Part shown: one piece after another, positions 44,321 through 56,000 of the stretch
How the letters are laid out: each line of letters begins with the position of its first letter
Numbering within the stretch: position 1 is the first letter of the stretch
Origin: the human T2T-CHM13v2.0 reference genome, Homo sapiens
NCBI RefSeq assembly: GCF_009914755.1
Contig: NC_060925.1
Length of the DNA: 64,000 bases
Reading direction: 5' to 3' (one strand)
The notes under the pieces: generated by a model
Databases searched by the model: none
Told to the model about the DNA's origin: nothing
The model's input: the letters and a program-made list of their open reading frames with translations, nothing else
Program-made: the position numbers and the translations under genes

Positions 44321-45844
44321 TCAATTCTGCCAAACCTTGGTATCAGGCCCAGATAGAGAGACAGGCACACACTGCCTGTGAGTGTCTTGGGCAAATAGGA
44401 AGGGAGTCATCACACAGTCCTACAACATCATAGCAGAGGGGCCTAAGGGTAGCATCTTAGCTATAAACGGACCTTCTCTGGAGTAGGAAGGACAAAGAAC
44501 TTCCCCCAAAACTTTTGTCTAAGGAGAGGCAGAGCCCTGTCTTTAAGAACCCCAGAGCCGTTAGATGAAAGAGAACAGTGCCCTATTCCAAGGAACATTT
44601 GTCCAAATGGCAACAGGGCTTCGCAGGGAGGCCCAGTGTGAGAAGGGAAGAACAGCCCTGATCTGATACAGAAAGACAGGGCTGCAGGGACCTGTAAGCT
44701 TGGGTAGAGAACCAGGGGCCCTGCTGGCACACCTGACCCTTTGTGGGAATTAAAGAAAGGTGTTCTCTGCACCCCTTCCTTCCAGCTGACACAGCCTGGC
44801 CTGGCACAGGGTGCAGAGCTTGGAGAGTAGAGTGCCCAGCACGGCTGGACAGACTCCGCCGAATGCCTTTGCATGGGACTCAAACTGCATAGCCCAAAGT
44901 GCAAGCCCTGGGAAGGGATCCCTGCTCTCTCTAAGGGAACCCCAGTTTCAGAAAGGAAGCCCAATAAGCCCCTGGGAGACACTGCCCCGATCCAGACAAC
45001 CCTGGTTCAAGGCAGAGAAATGACCAGACCCCAGGGAATTCTGATCTGATAGGGAACAGAGACAAGGCTTTGTTCCAGAGCATTCTGGTCCAGAGGAATA
45101 GACAGCCCCACCTTCAGAGGCCTGTCCTCTGTACTGCACTCACGGCATGCGCCTTGCCATCTGTTCAACTAGGAAAGAGTAACCATCAGGCAACAATGCC
45201 TCAACTCCCTGACCCACCTTCCTCCCCACAAATGTCAGTATTTCTTTTATCTCCTAGAGACTATGAGGAAAGCTATGGACTCTCTTGCCTAAAAACATAC
45301 GCATGTGTTTTTACATACACACAGGCACACACACATGCAGTGTTATACATACAACTTCAGGAGGTTAGGAAAGCTCTAGATCCCATCCCAATACCACTTG
45401 GAGATCTCTGAAGCCCAGGTTAAGACCCAAGACCCTGTTCTAGACTCTAAGCACACCTCCGAAAGGGCAAAACAAACTAGGTTGTGTCCTACAAGATAAA
45501 GCTGAAGCTCCTTATCATGGCAGCGAGGCCTTCTGTGATATAGATTCAACCTATATTTCCAGCTTCCATTCCAAATACTGTCCATGAATCCTATGGGCTA
45601 TGCTCACTGAACTAATGCTAAACACTCCCTGGATGAGGCATTCCTTTCTTGCCTCTATGTCTTTTCACATGCTATTTCTTCTAACAGAACTGTTTTACCC
45701 CACTACATCAAATTTCTATTTATCCTTCCAAATCCTGCCCAAATATCATCTCCTCCAGGAAGTCTTTCTGGATTAGCTATCTCTTGACCCTTGTGTGTCC
45801 TGATTATTGCCCCGTCACCCTACATTGTGATCACCTGTTCAGGT

Positions 45845-46285
45845 ATGTTTCCGTTATCTACAAACCATCCCAAAACTTAGTGGCTTAACACAACTCATTA
45901 TTTATGATGCTGTGGTTGACTGGGCATTTCCTCACTCATGCAGCTCATTCATCCTGGAGGACTGGCTGGGCTGGAAAGTCTAAAATGGCCTCACCGCATG
46001 TTTGGGAGATTGGGTGTCTTGGCTCTCTTCCATGTGGCCTCTCATCCTCCAGTATGTTCAATCAGCTTTCTTACTTAGCAGTCTCAGGGCAGTGTCACAC
46101 CAAGAGGGTAAATGCCAAAGCCGCAAGGCCTGTTGAGGCCTAGAATCTGGAACTCACACATCACTTCCACCACTTTCTATTAAGCAAAGCAAGTCACAAA
46201 GCTAGCCCATAATCGAGTGATGAGGAAAGGCAGCTCTTGATAGGAGAAGATGCAAATAATTCTGGCCATATTTAATCTTTCACAA
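45845..46285 (-). mobile_element. MLT1-type LTR fragment
   Basis: acaaaccatcccaaaacttagtggcttaacacaac..cacttccaccactttctatt..gcaagtcacaaagc. Confidence 0.6.
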
Positions 46286-46479
46286 TGAATCTGACTCCAC
46301 TAGACTTGGAGTTTCTCCAAGGCAAGGACCTTGTCTTATCCTTCCTTTACTCAAACATTTATTTAGTACTGACTCATGTTCAGCTTAGTGTCCTTGCCTT
46401 CAAGGGGTTAGATTTGCAGATAGACAATTATGGTCCAGTGTCTTGAGTGCTATGACAGGAGTATAAATAAGTTTCTAGG

Positions 46480-46630
46480 GGCCAGGCACAGTGGCTCATG
46501 CCTGTAATCTCAGCACTTTGGGAGGCCAACGCAAGTGGACTGCTTGAGGCCAGGAGTTCAAGACCAGCCTGGGCAACATGGCAAAACCCTGTCTCTACTA
46601 AAAATATAAAATAAAAAAAATTAATAATAA
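46480..46630 (+). mobile_element. Alu monomer (FLAM-like)
   Basis: Left arm + A tail; TSD gtttctagg. Confidence 0.85.
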
Positions 46631-47024
46631 AGAATACGTTTCTAGGATACTACAGTAGAAGGAGGAGAAAATCAGAGTAAGCTTCACACAGGAGGTAATG
46701 ACTGAAAACGGACTCAGAGAAGGAACAGAAGTTCACTTGGCAGACAAGGAAGAAAGGTTACTCCAGATATAAAGACAACACTATGTAGAGAACATAGAGG
46801 TGTAACAGAATGATGTATCTGGGGACCTGCTAGCAGTTTGCTTTTGTTAGAAAGTAGAATGCAAGGAAAGTTAGTAGGTGAAGCTGGAAAGCAACCCAGA
46901 GACTAGCTGGGTATCCCATCCCTTGCTCTTTACACAAGGCCTGGCATGTAGTAGTTGTTCAGCTATGTCGGATTTTTAAAGTCACTGAGCTAGGCCTTGA
47001 AACCAGGGGGTATTGGTTTCTGGG

Positions 47025-47149
47025 GTTTTGTTTTTGTTTTTCATAGAGACAGGGTCTCACTATATTGCCCAGGCTGGTCTTGAACTCCTGGGCTCAAGCA
47101 ATCCTCCTGCATTGGCTTTCCAAAGTGCTAAGATTAAAGGCATGAGCCT
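47025..47149 (-). mobile_element. Alu monomer (FLAM-like)
   Basis: agagacagggtctcactatattgcccaggctggtcttgaactcctgggctcaagc. Confidence 0.85.
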
Positions 47150-49080
47150 TGGTTTCTGGTTTGAATTCTCATTTACTTAGCCCCTGCTGACTAACTAACC
47201 CTCTTTATCATTACCTCACTTAAACCTCATAGCAACTGTATTCATCATGCCCAGTCTATTACCAAGGAAACAGGCCTAGAAAGAGGTGACTCTTCTAAGA
47301 ACACATAAATTGTAAGTAACAGAATTAGGACTTGAACTTGAGTCTGTCTGGCCCTAAATCCGAGATTGTTTCCCAACCCATCACTGGGCTCAGGGCTTAT
47401 CTCATAAAGTCTTTCTCCCGTTCCCACTGGTGTCTCCTTCATGCAAGACGCTGTGCTGGGTAAATGGCTAGAGATGACCTTCCAAGTACAAGGGACAGAT
47501 ATGTAAACAAACAATCAAAATATACATGATCAAAGAGAAGCAGTGGAACTGCGAAAACTCAGAGGAGGCATCAAACCCAGGCTTGGGGGACAAAACTAAG
47601 TCTTGCCAGAGTCCTGAAGGATGAACAACAGTTAACCAAGCAAGGGATACTGGAGGGCATGGAGGCTCTCTGGCCTGGAGTGCAGAGCATGGAGTGCTCA
47701 AAGAGCTAGTTAGCTCTGCAAAGCTGAGTGTCAGGAATGTAAAGGGAGAGAATAGGAGTGAGAGAAGAGTCTGGCAAGGCAGACAGGGAAGGCCCATATG
47801 CCTTGATGGAGAACCACTGAAGGATTTAAAGAAGGAGAGGGTTAATTTTGTCCAATAGAAAGATCACATTGTGTGTAGTGTGGAGGATGGGTTGCAGAGA
47901 GAGAAGCTAGAGACCAAAAGATGAGACGGGAACAGCTGCAAATTTCGAGAGCTCGTAAGATTATGTATGACTGGAGCACAACGACAACCAAGGTAGGTAC
48001 AACCATGGAAGAAGAACTCAGGGCTGACTTGCCTTTGCCCAGTGCCATGCTGGGCTCTGGGTTCACCCAAATAATTCACACACGGCCCCAACCCTGAAGT
48101 GGTCAGTCCACTGATAAAAACTTCACAAGCGATGATAACGGCGCAGAGATGAATGTACTCTTACACAAGGCAAAGCTATTTTTCAGTTAGACCTGGAAGG
48201 ATGAGTAGGAGATACAGAGGTGGAGATGAGAAAATTAGCGACCTTTCAATGTACACTTTCAGGATCTAGAAAAGGATTGAGTGTGAGGGATGGAGAAAGT
48301 GGGGTCCAGGACGACTCTCAACTTTCTTCTGTGGGCACACCTGAGTAGATAGTGGCTTCCTCTTATGAACAGGGAACCCAAGAGGAAGGCCTCTGTTTGG
48401 AGGATACTGAGTTCCATGTTGGCCATGTTGGCCGTGTGGGTATGCAGTGCCTATGGGAGCTCCAGGGGCCGTGCAGCAGACAGCTGACATGTTGGGAGTC
48501 CTCTGATAACAGAACTGGATGGCCTAGGGGTTGGGCGGGGATCGCCCACAGGCGATAGGGAATTCGGACGCCTTGTCCCCTGTAAAGCACCCAACGCGAT
48601 GCCTCTGCCCTAAGGGCAGCCGCGAGAAAGGCAGGCACAGGAGGCGGGAGCCGGGGCCGGGCGATGGGGCGGAAGGAGCCCCGCAGCGGGAGGGGTCGTG
48701 GAGTGGGGTGGAAGGACTTCGCAGCCGCTAAAGATTGGGTGGGTAGGCTTCACGGGCGGTGGGAGGGACCCCGGGGAGGCTTCTGCCGGTTGCTACCCGA
48801 GTACAAACGGCAGCTTCCTGGTCTCTGTCCGGCCGCCCCCGCCGCATTGTGAACTTTCACCCCCAGCGCGCGACGGCGGCAGATCACGTGATCAGGGCCA
48901 ACATGGCCGCCGCCGCCGCTTGGAGCTGAAGTGCCGCCGCCGCCGGGCAGCCACGGGGAATCCGCCCGCATCGCCGCCCTCGCCGGCCGGGCGGCCGTGG
49001 GGCCCAGAGCGCCGGAGGCCAGGGCTGGGGCGGCACCGCGCAGCGGCCACGGGGTCCCGTTAGAGCAGCGCCCGGCGGCT

Positions 49081-49134
49081 ATGCCGAGAGCCCGGAGCGG
49101 CCGGAGGAGCAGAGGGGCCGGCGGGAGGGAGGAA
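49081..49134 (+). CDS. RNF220: Coding part of a putative alternative first exon of a short RNF220 isoform: MPRARSGRRSRGAGGREE
   Basis: ATG in the CpG island (G at -3), 18 codons, then GAA|gtaggt in phase 0, in frame with exon 6. Confidence 0.65.
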
Positions 49135-49268
49135 GTAGGTTTGTTTACGGGCTGTTTGGGGCGGAGCAGCTTTGGTCGGGGGTCCGGTGCTGGGGCGGGG
49201 GCCAGGACTGCAGGCCGCGCCTGACGCTCTCTTTTCTTTTCTTGCATCTGCCCGCGATCTTCTCCCAG

Positions 49269-49311
49269 ACCTTTCTGCGAGTACGAGCCAACCGGCAGAC
49301 CCGACTGAATG
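49269..49311 (+). CDS. RNF220: RNF220 exon 6 (43 nt): TFLRVRANRQTRLN(A)
   Basis: Branch-like ctgac plus long pyrimidine tract, cccag acceptor, ATG|gtgagt donor. Confidence 0.94.
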
Positions 49312-51159
49312 GTGAGTCCTGCCCGGCCCCTCCCTCCGCCCCACCCCCGGCCTCCTCCCTCCCTCCCTCACTGCCTGCCGCTCCTGGCTTGCCTGGGTCT
49401 CTTCGACTCTGGGGCCCGTTGGCTTCTTCGCAGTCACGGCGCCTGAGTATGTGCAAACCAAAGCTGCCGCTCTCAGTTTCCCCGTCTGTCTAATGGAGGT
49501 ATGGCGCCCAGCTCTTGCCCAAACCTCTCTAAAGGCCCTGAAGAACCCTGGGGGGGCAATAAGTGCCGGAGAATGAGGAACGAGCTACACAATTCTACTC
49601 GGGAGCTCAGCTTTGAATTTGCAAACTGCTGGGACCTCACTATACAAACCTGCAGGGCGCTGAGAATGTTTTTCTTCCAGTTTTTAATCAGTGCCCAGTA
49701 GTGTGAATACAGCCTCTCTGCTGAGACTTGACAATACAGTGAGATCTGGAGTTCCCACGGCAACAGGAACTAACTCATCCCAGGGCTCTTTGAGTTATCA
49801 GTCGGCCCACATTTCACAAAGGTGATCAGCGTGGGCTCGACAGCTCTTAGAGGCCTTCTCTGAAAGCAGGCCGTGTATGCACTACCTAGCAGCCCCCCTT
49901 TTGGATTCAAACCTCTGGAGCATTCCTGTTTGCTGAATACAATTGAATGATCCTAGCTTTTTGTGCTTACTGGGGTGTGGTATCTGGGGGGTGGCTGTAA
50001 GGGGTTTAGGGTCTCTGGGTCAGCTGGTAAGTGAGAGAGGCCATGGAGTTCAAGATCCCCAGCTCTTATCACTTGGTTTCTGCTGCCAGGCTGAGCCCTA
50101 GTCTGGAAAAGGGAGAAATTCATGATGGGCTGGCGCCATGTTAAGCACCATTCTCACAACGCCTCTGAGAAGAGTATTACACACCTTTTGTGAATAAGAA
50201 AACAGGCTCTGAGAGGTGAAAGTGGTTTGTTTAAAAGTACACAGCTGGGATGTAACTGAGCCATGATTCAATTGAAGTTTGTTTCCCACCAAAGCCCGTG
50301 TTTCTCCAACCATGCCATGCTACCTCCTTGGCAAATGCTTTGATTCTTCCTACTCGTACGTAGCCTCTGGATAGAGAACAGAACTTTCCCTACCACACTT
50401 TGGTAAGCTTAATTCAGGATTTAGAAGATGAATGGGAAGGTGAAAACCAAACCTGCCTTCCTTCTCTGAGAATTTGCAGATGAAGCCCAGTCCATTGGGG
50501 TGCTTTCCAGGGACAACAAGGGATCATCTGCTGGCCTGTGTGTCCTGAGCAAGGAGCGCATCCAGTATTGTGCCTTTCTTGACCATTCCATGAGATTCGT
50601 TTCCTTAGTCATTGAACATTGTGGTATCATCAGCACCTTCTTCCCCAGGGAGGCATTCCCTTGGTGTAGGCATGGTAGGGAGGAAGCTTTGTGTTGGCAC
50701 ACTGCTCCTTACTACACTTCTAGAACTCTCAGGGTCCTTTGCTCAATGCCTTTCTGATGTTTCACGTCCATTCTCCATCCCAGCCCTGGCTCTAGAGTGT
50801 CAAGGCTACCTAAGTCTGAGATTCCAAGAGTTAGGGCAGCCAAAATGAAGAGTTCTCGATCTGTGTCCACAAAGTCAAGTGAGGCACTAGGACACAGTCA
50901 TGTCACCTATAGTGAAGACACAGGAAAGTGAAGAGATGGACTGGGCTACAGACCAAGTTTCCTCAAACTCCATGCCCAGTTCTGGCAGGATGGTAGCTTT
51001 CCTTTTGGTTTGGGTCTTTCTGGGGTTGCTCTGTTTTGGAGTTGGAGTAGCTCCCTGCCTCAGGCTCACAACAGGCAGGAGCTGGAGCCCTAGCACACTC
51101 ACTGGGACCAGTCTTTGTTGATGCTGCTCAGTTAGGAGGTCCCCTTGAAACAGGAGGGC

Positions 51160-51370
51160 ATTCTAGGTTGTGAAGTCAGTTCTGGTTTCCTATCTTGCCT
51201 TTGCCACTTTTTAGCTACTTGGACACGTACCTTGATCTCTCTAAGCTTTGGGTTTCTTCATCTGTTAAAATGGGATAATGCAATCTAGCTTCAGCAAGTG
51301 GTAGTAAATGAGCTACCTTGGGTAAGGTACTTGGCTGTGAGCCTGACACACAGTAGAAGCTTAAATTGTA
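51160..51370 (+). mobile_element. MIR
   Basis: ctctctaagctttgggtttcttcatctgttaaaatgggataat..cctgacacacagtag. Confidence 0.7.
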
Positions 51371-52470
51371 ACATAGCAGCTCTCACCTGTGTTCCCCTCC
51401 TAGATTGCATTCATGAGCTTCCCGTTAGGGTCACTGTCCATGAGAAAGTTCTTCCTGGCCCTGCTTTGGGGAACCTTTCCCTCCTTTGCTGGCTCTCCCC
51501 ACTCCCCATCAGTCTGGTCCCAGAGTAGCCATCTCTGATCCTGCTGTGGCATTCTGGAAGGGACTAGAGGGAACAGAGTTTCTTGTTTTGACCCCTTCCT
51601 GCTTCAGTGACAGGAGGGCTACAGAGAGGGATTAGTGAGCTAATTAGAAATGATTGCATTGCTCAGCATTAATTAGCAGTGTTGTGGGCTTGCAGTGTGC
51701 ACTTTGGAACTGAGCCCCCTGTGGGACAACATGGCAGGCAGCCCTCTGCCTCCAGGGCCTGCCAGCCCCTCTGTACTGATTAGAAATGATGGAACAGGTT
51801 CGGGTGGGCACAATAAGGGCTGCCTTCTCAGGGTTCCCTGAGCCTTCTGACCTGGCTGCCAAAGGTCTGACCCAGACCGTCTTACCTTTATGACTGGGCC
51901 TCAGTCTCCTCTTCTGTGAAATGGGATTAGTGGACCTCAGAGAAATTCTTCCTGATAAGATTCTAGGTGGGATGCTAGGAGCTGTACCTCAGGGCTCTTG
52001 GCCCAGGAACCAAAGAGGATTTAGCTGATGAGTGAACAGCAGGCCAAGTCAGGCCATCGGAGGGGTTAGGTTCTAGTCAAGAGATGCTCTTTAGAGTTGT
52101 ATTTCCTGACACCAAAAGAGTTCATGGTCTTGGCCTTCTGGAGAGATACCTAGCAAGATGGAGTGTCTTTGCTCACTGGACTTTTATTAAACACTGCAAA
52201 TAGAAAGGTATGGGTAGACCTTGCACCAGCTGCAGCCAAAGAGTGGACTTACTCACTGGCTTAGTTAGCACCAGTCTCCTCCCCAGGTGCTCTTGGCAAA
52301 GCCCAGTCCCCAAAGGAGCAGGAGGTATTTCAAGATGAGGGCCAGATCAGGCACTGAATAAAAAGGCCAATGGCTGGCAAGAGGTCAGGATGTGTCAGCT
52401 CCACTGGGACCCTGGGGGCTGCAGTGACCGTCTGCTTGTTCTGTGCTTTGTTTTCGGTTTCCCCGTGCAG

Positions 52471-52514
52471 CTCGGATTGGGAAAATGAAACGGAGGAAGC
52501 AAGATGAAGGGCAG
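52471..52514 (+). CDS. RNF220: RNF220 exon 7, short form (44 nt): (A)RIGKMKRRKQDEGQ, basic NLS-like
   Basis: ccccgtgcag acceptor, CAG|gtatgt donor, phase 0 into exon 8. Confidence 0.93.
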
Positions 52515-52592
52515 GTATGTCCCCTGTGCAACCGCCCCCTGGCAGGATCGGAGCAGGAGATGAGTAGGCATGTGGAGCATTGCCTTTCTAAG
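52515..52592 (+). CDS. RNF220: In-frame 78-nt extension of exon 7 via an alternative donor: VCPLCNRPLAGSEQEMSRHVEHCLSK (C2HC zinc finger)
   Basis: Open frame, C-x2-C-x13-H-x3-C pattern, second donor AAG|gtagag in the same phase. Confidence 0.8.
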
Positions 52593-52955
52593 GTAGAGGG
52601 GCCATCACCACCCACCTTCCTTCCCCGCTCCCTTCCCCCGACACTAGCTGCTGACTGCCCCTGAATCTGTGGGCTCTTGGGGTCTCCATGTGGTCTCAGC
52701 AGCTTCTTCCCTTCTGACCACTGCTCTCTCCCTTTGCTTTCACTCTCACTCATTCCCTCCTTGGGCTCCAGCGGAAAACTATTGGGAAGAGGCCCAGGTC
52801 TTTGACCTCTAAATTGGTTTGCTTCAAAGGAGCCCTAGAGCTGAGGGCCCACTTGGCACACCACAGCTGGGGCTAGAGCTGTGCCTTCGTTGCAGACTGT
52901 GGGGAGCAGGTGGGGATGGCCTGGGCCCAGCATGATCCTGCTCTGCTCTTCACAG

Positions 52956-53088
52956 AGGGAAGGCTCCTGCATGGCTGAGGATGATGCTGTGGACATCGAG
53001 CATGAGAACAACAACCGCTTTGAGGAGTATGAGTGGTGTGGACAGAAGCGGATACGGGCCACCACTCTCCTGGAAGGTGGCTTCCGAG
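52956..53088 (+). CDS. RNF220: RNF220 exon 8 (133 nt): REGSCMAEDDAVDIEHENNNRFEEYEWCGQKRIRATTLLEGGFR(G)
   Basis: ctctgctcttcacag acceptor, GAG|gtacaa donor; carries the EEYEWCGQ motif of the RNF220 middle region. Confidence 0.96.
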
Positions 53089-56000
53089 GTACAAGCAGCT
53101 GACACGTAGACATTGGCACTCTGGTGCCAGGCCTCTGCTGGGTATCCATCTGCTGGAAGCCAAGAGGCCGAGGCTGGTGGCTGGTCATCCATCCGTTCCA
53201 CCACGTGGGGACTGCTGCTGGTGGGGCTCCTTTGTGACCGTGCTGCCTGCCTGTGATGTGCATATTAAAATGGATGTATTTGGGTGGGGAAATGGAATTG
53301 TGAGGCTGCAAGCTAGGAGTGACGAAGGGGGGCTCTCAGCTTCGGGTGATGCATTGAAGGTGACAGCCAAGCCGCGTTAGCACCTGCATAAAATATTAAA
53401 GGGACGGTTATGCATTTATCACTCCATCCCTCTTAAGGCTGATAAATGAGAATCCAGCAACCTGCTGTACACCTCCAGCACTGGGGGCCCTGAGGGCTTC
53501 CAGGCAAACACATTGGATTTTCCTCCTCCTCCTCTTCAGCCCTATGTCAGGGAAATCAGTTACAGAGGAGAGTGAGTTATGGCAAAATTTGACCTCCCAT
53601 GAGCTTCACTGGTGAATCTAATTTTAGCTCTGATCCCATCCCTTCTCCCTGGGCGCCCTCTGCCCTGAAGCAAGAGGGGCCTGGGCCCAGCTGCTCCCTC
53701 CTTCCCTTGGGCTCTCCCCAGTTGCTACAAAGGAGTGTGCAGGGCCCTGCCCATCTCCAGTGCCCTCCCAGCTCCTTGGAAGAGCAAGGCTTGACACCCC
53801 CCACCAGGTCAGACAGCAGAATTGGTTGGGTGCCCAGGGTTAGTGACTTGTTAAACTCCCCAGCCTTGGGCAGGGGAAAAGGGGAGCTGTCTGCCTCTTG
53901 GCCTCCAGCTCTTCTCTCTTTCTGTGCACAAGCACAGCTGGTACTGCAGCTTGTGGTCATTAAGTGAGCCAATCTGCTTCCCGTCTGCCTCTCTCTCTGG
54001 GCAACACCTTTGGGAATACTGCTGTGTATGGTCCCTGGGGAATCTCACAGCAGCTGGGAAGAAGTTCTCTGCCTCCGTGGGGCCGTGCTACCTGGGCAGA
54101 TGCTGAGGAGTGGTCTCTGCAGGGCCGTCCAGTGCAGACTGGTTCCACGAAGGGGCTAAGAGCCCAGATGAGACATTATGCCTCTGGGCGTCTCTCACAT
54201 TACCCAGGTGTTTGGGGGCAAGCCAAAACATAAATCAGGAAGGTTAGTCAGACCAAACAGTCTCCCTGAGCCGGAGCTGGAGAGTGTTAGTTTGCCATTT
54301 CACTCATCCCGTACTGGAGCCTTCGAGTATCTGAGGCCCTAGAAGAGTGAGCAGCAGGGCTGACGACTGTCCCATGAGTTGGACACATGGGTGTCCGATG
54401 GCAGCCACACAGGGTCAGTTTCAACGTGCTGCTCTGGTTAGCTCTGTTGGCAGCTGCAACTGCTCACATCCTCCATTGCTGTGGCACCTTCTTAGGTTCC
54501 TTGGCACAGACCTGGACCTGATGGCTTCTGGGCACCAGACAGGGCTTATGGAGGATAAAGCTGCAAAGGGCCTGCTGATTTGACAAGAGTATTTCCCCTG
54601 TGCCGGGATGCACTTGCACAGCAGTGTGAGGGGCTCTTAGGCCCCGGGCGGGTATCCGTTTTCCCTGAGTGTTTACACTGTGAGGTTGTTCCTTTCAAGA
54701 ATTCCTGAGGGGAGTTCAAAGGGGGCTTTTCTTTGAGCGATTTGGAGAGCGAGAATGAGAGTGAGACTTGAAGAGGGAACAGGGGCCGGAGGTGCCTTTA
54801 TCTGCAGAGAATTGCTCCAGCTTTCCTGATAGAAGCTGCTGCCGCCTCTTAAACAGCTTAGTGCAGTCAAAAGACAGGCAGACTTGAAAGGCTGTTTTAC
54901 AGCGAGATCAGCGGGGGCCACGAGGCAGAGAGCGGGGCGCAGTGGAGCGGAGGAGGCTGAGGCTCCTCAGTGGGGGGGCTATCAAAGGGAGGCCCTGGCT
55001 GATCCCTACTGCCTCTGCCCCCAAAACCCTGTCTGCAAAAGCTGGCCATCTGTCAGCCTACCCTCCCTGGCCAGGACTGATAGGCCCTAACTCTTGGGGG
55101 GTTGGGTGTGGCCTCGCCAGGCGGGCTGGTGTCAGTGCAGCGCATTGATCGCCCGCCGGGCGGGCCGGGCTGCAAGCCGGGCAGCGCGTGCTTAATGTGA
55201 TTGAAAGGCAGTTAAAATGGCGGTGACCTTTTCAGGAGGAATTAGATTGCCTGCCAAGACCGGTTAGAGGGAGTGATAACGCCAGCTGAAGAAGCTGCCC
55301 AGCCGACTTCAGAGAGAAGGAGGCAGAGGCAGGATGAGCAGGCGAGTGGCGAGGCCCATTTAAACTGCGCTGTGCGTGCTGACAGAACAGAGATTGCTGT
55401 CGTTGTTAGATATGAAAGAAGTGAAGAATTGCAGATAAGTTCCTGTATCCGATCACCCCCATCCCTCCTCCCAGAGTAGGGCCTCTTCTTCATCCTCAGC
55501 AAAGCTTCCCACCAGGCCCCTGGAGGTTGGTCTGATGGATCAGATCGGTTACCTCAAATGTAATCTGCTGTGGGAAGCAGTGAACGGGCAAGAGTTTCGG
55601 TGGAGACACTTGGCTGAGGGCAACAGGCCTTAGAGATGGGGACCTGTGGTTACTGAGGAGGAGCTCCAGATATCTCAGGCCTGGGAGTACTCGGATTGAT
55701 ATTTTAGGACAAAATAAAGAAGCAGACAGAGCAGGTGAGCACTGAGGTAGGTCCCACTGGAAACAGATTTTTGAAAAGACTAAAGGAAATAGGTATTACT
55801 TCAAGAAAGTAAGTTGGAAGGAATTTTTGCTGCCTAGGAGGCACTCTGACCTTCCCAATTCTAGAAGAAATACTTAAGCTGTGTGTCTAAGTTGTTGATT
55901 GTCCTTTCAGAACCATAGATTTTCTAACCTGCTACTGCTCTTTACATAAAGGACAGCACACAGAGCCTAGTGCGCCACCAACATTCCACTAAAAGAGATC

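Larger units (their letters stand above)
48540..49450 (+). promoter_or_regulatory. CpG island / internal promoter
   Basis: Very GC- and CpG-rich with GC boxes; RFX-like GGTTGCTA near 48788; palindrome GATCACGTGATC at 48882-48893; YY1-like CAACATGGCCGC at 48899-48910. Confidence 0.85.

Noticed and set aside
48750-49461. Minus-strand ORFs in the CpG island
   Set aside because: Expected from stop-codon depletion in GC-rich DNA. Divergent transcription is possible but coding is unsupported.
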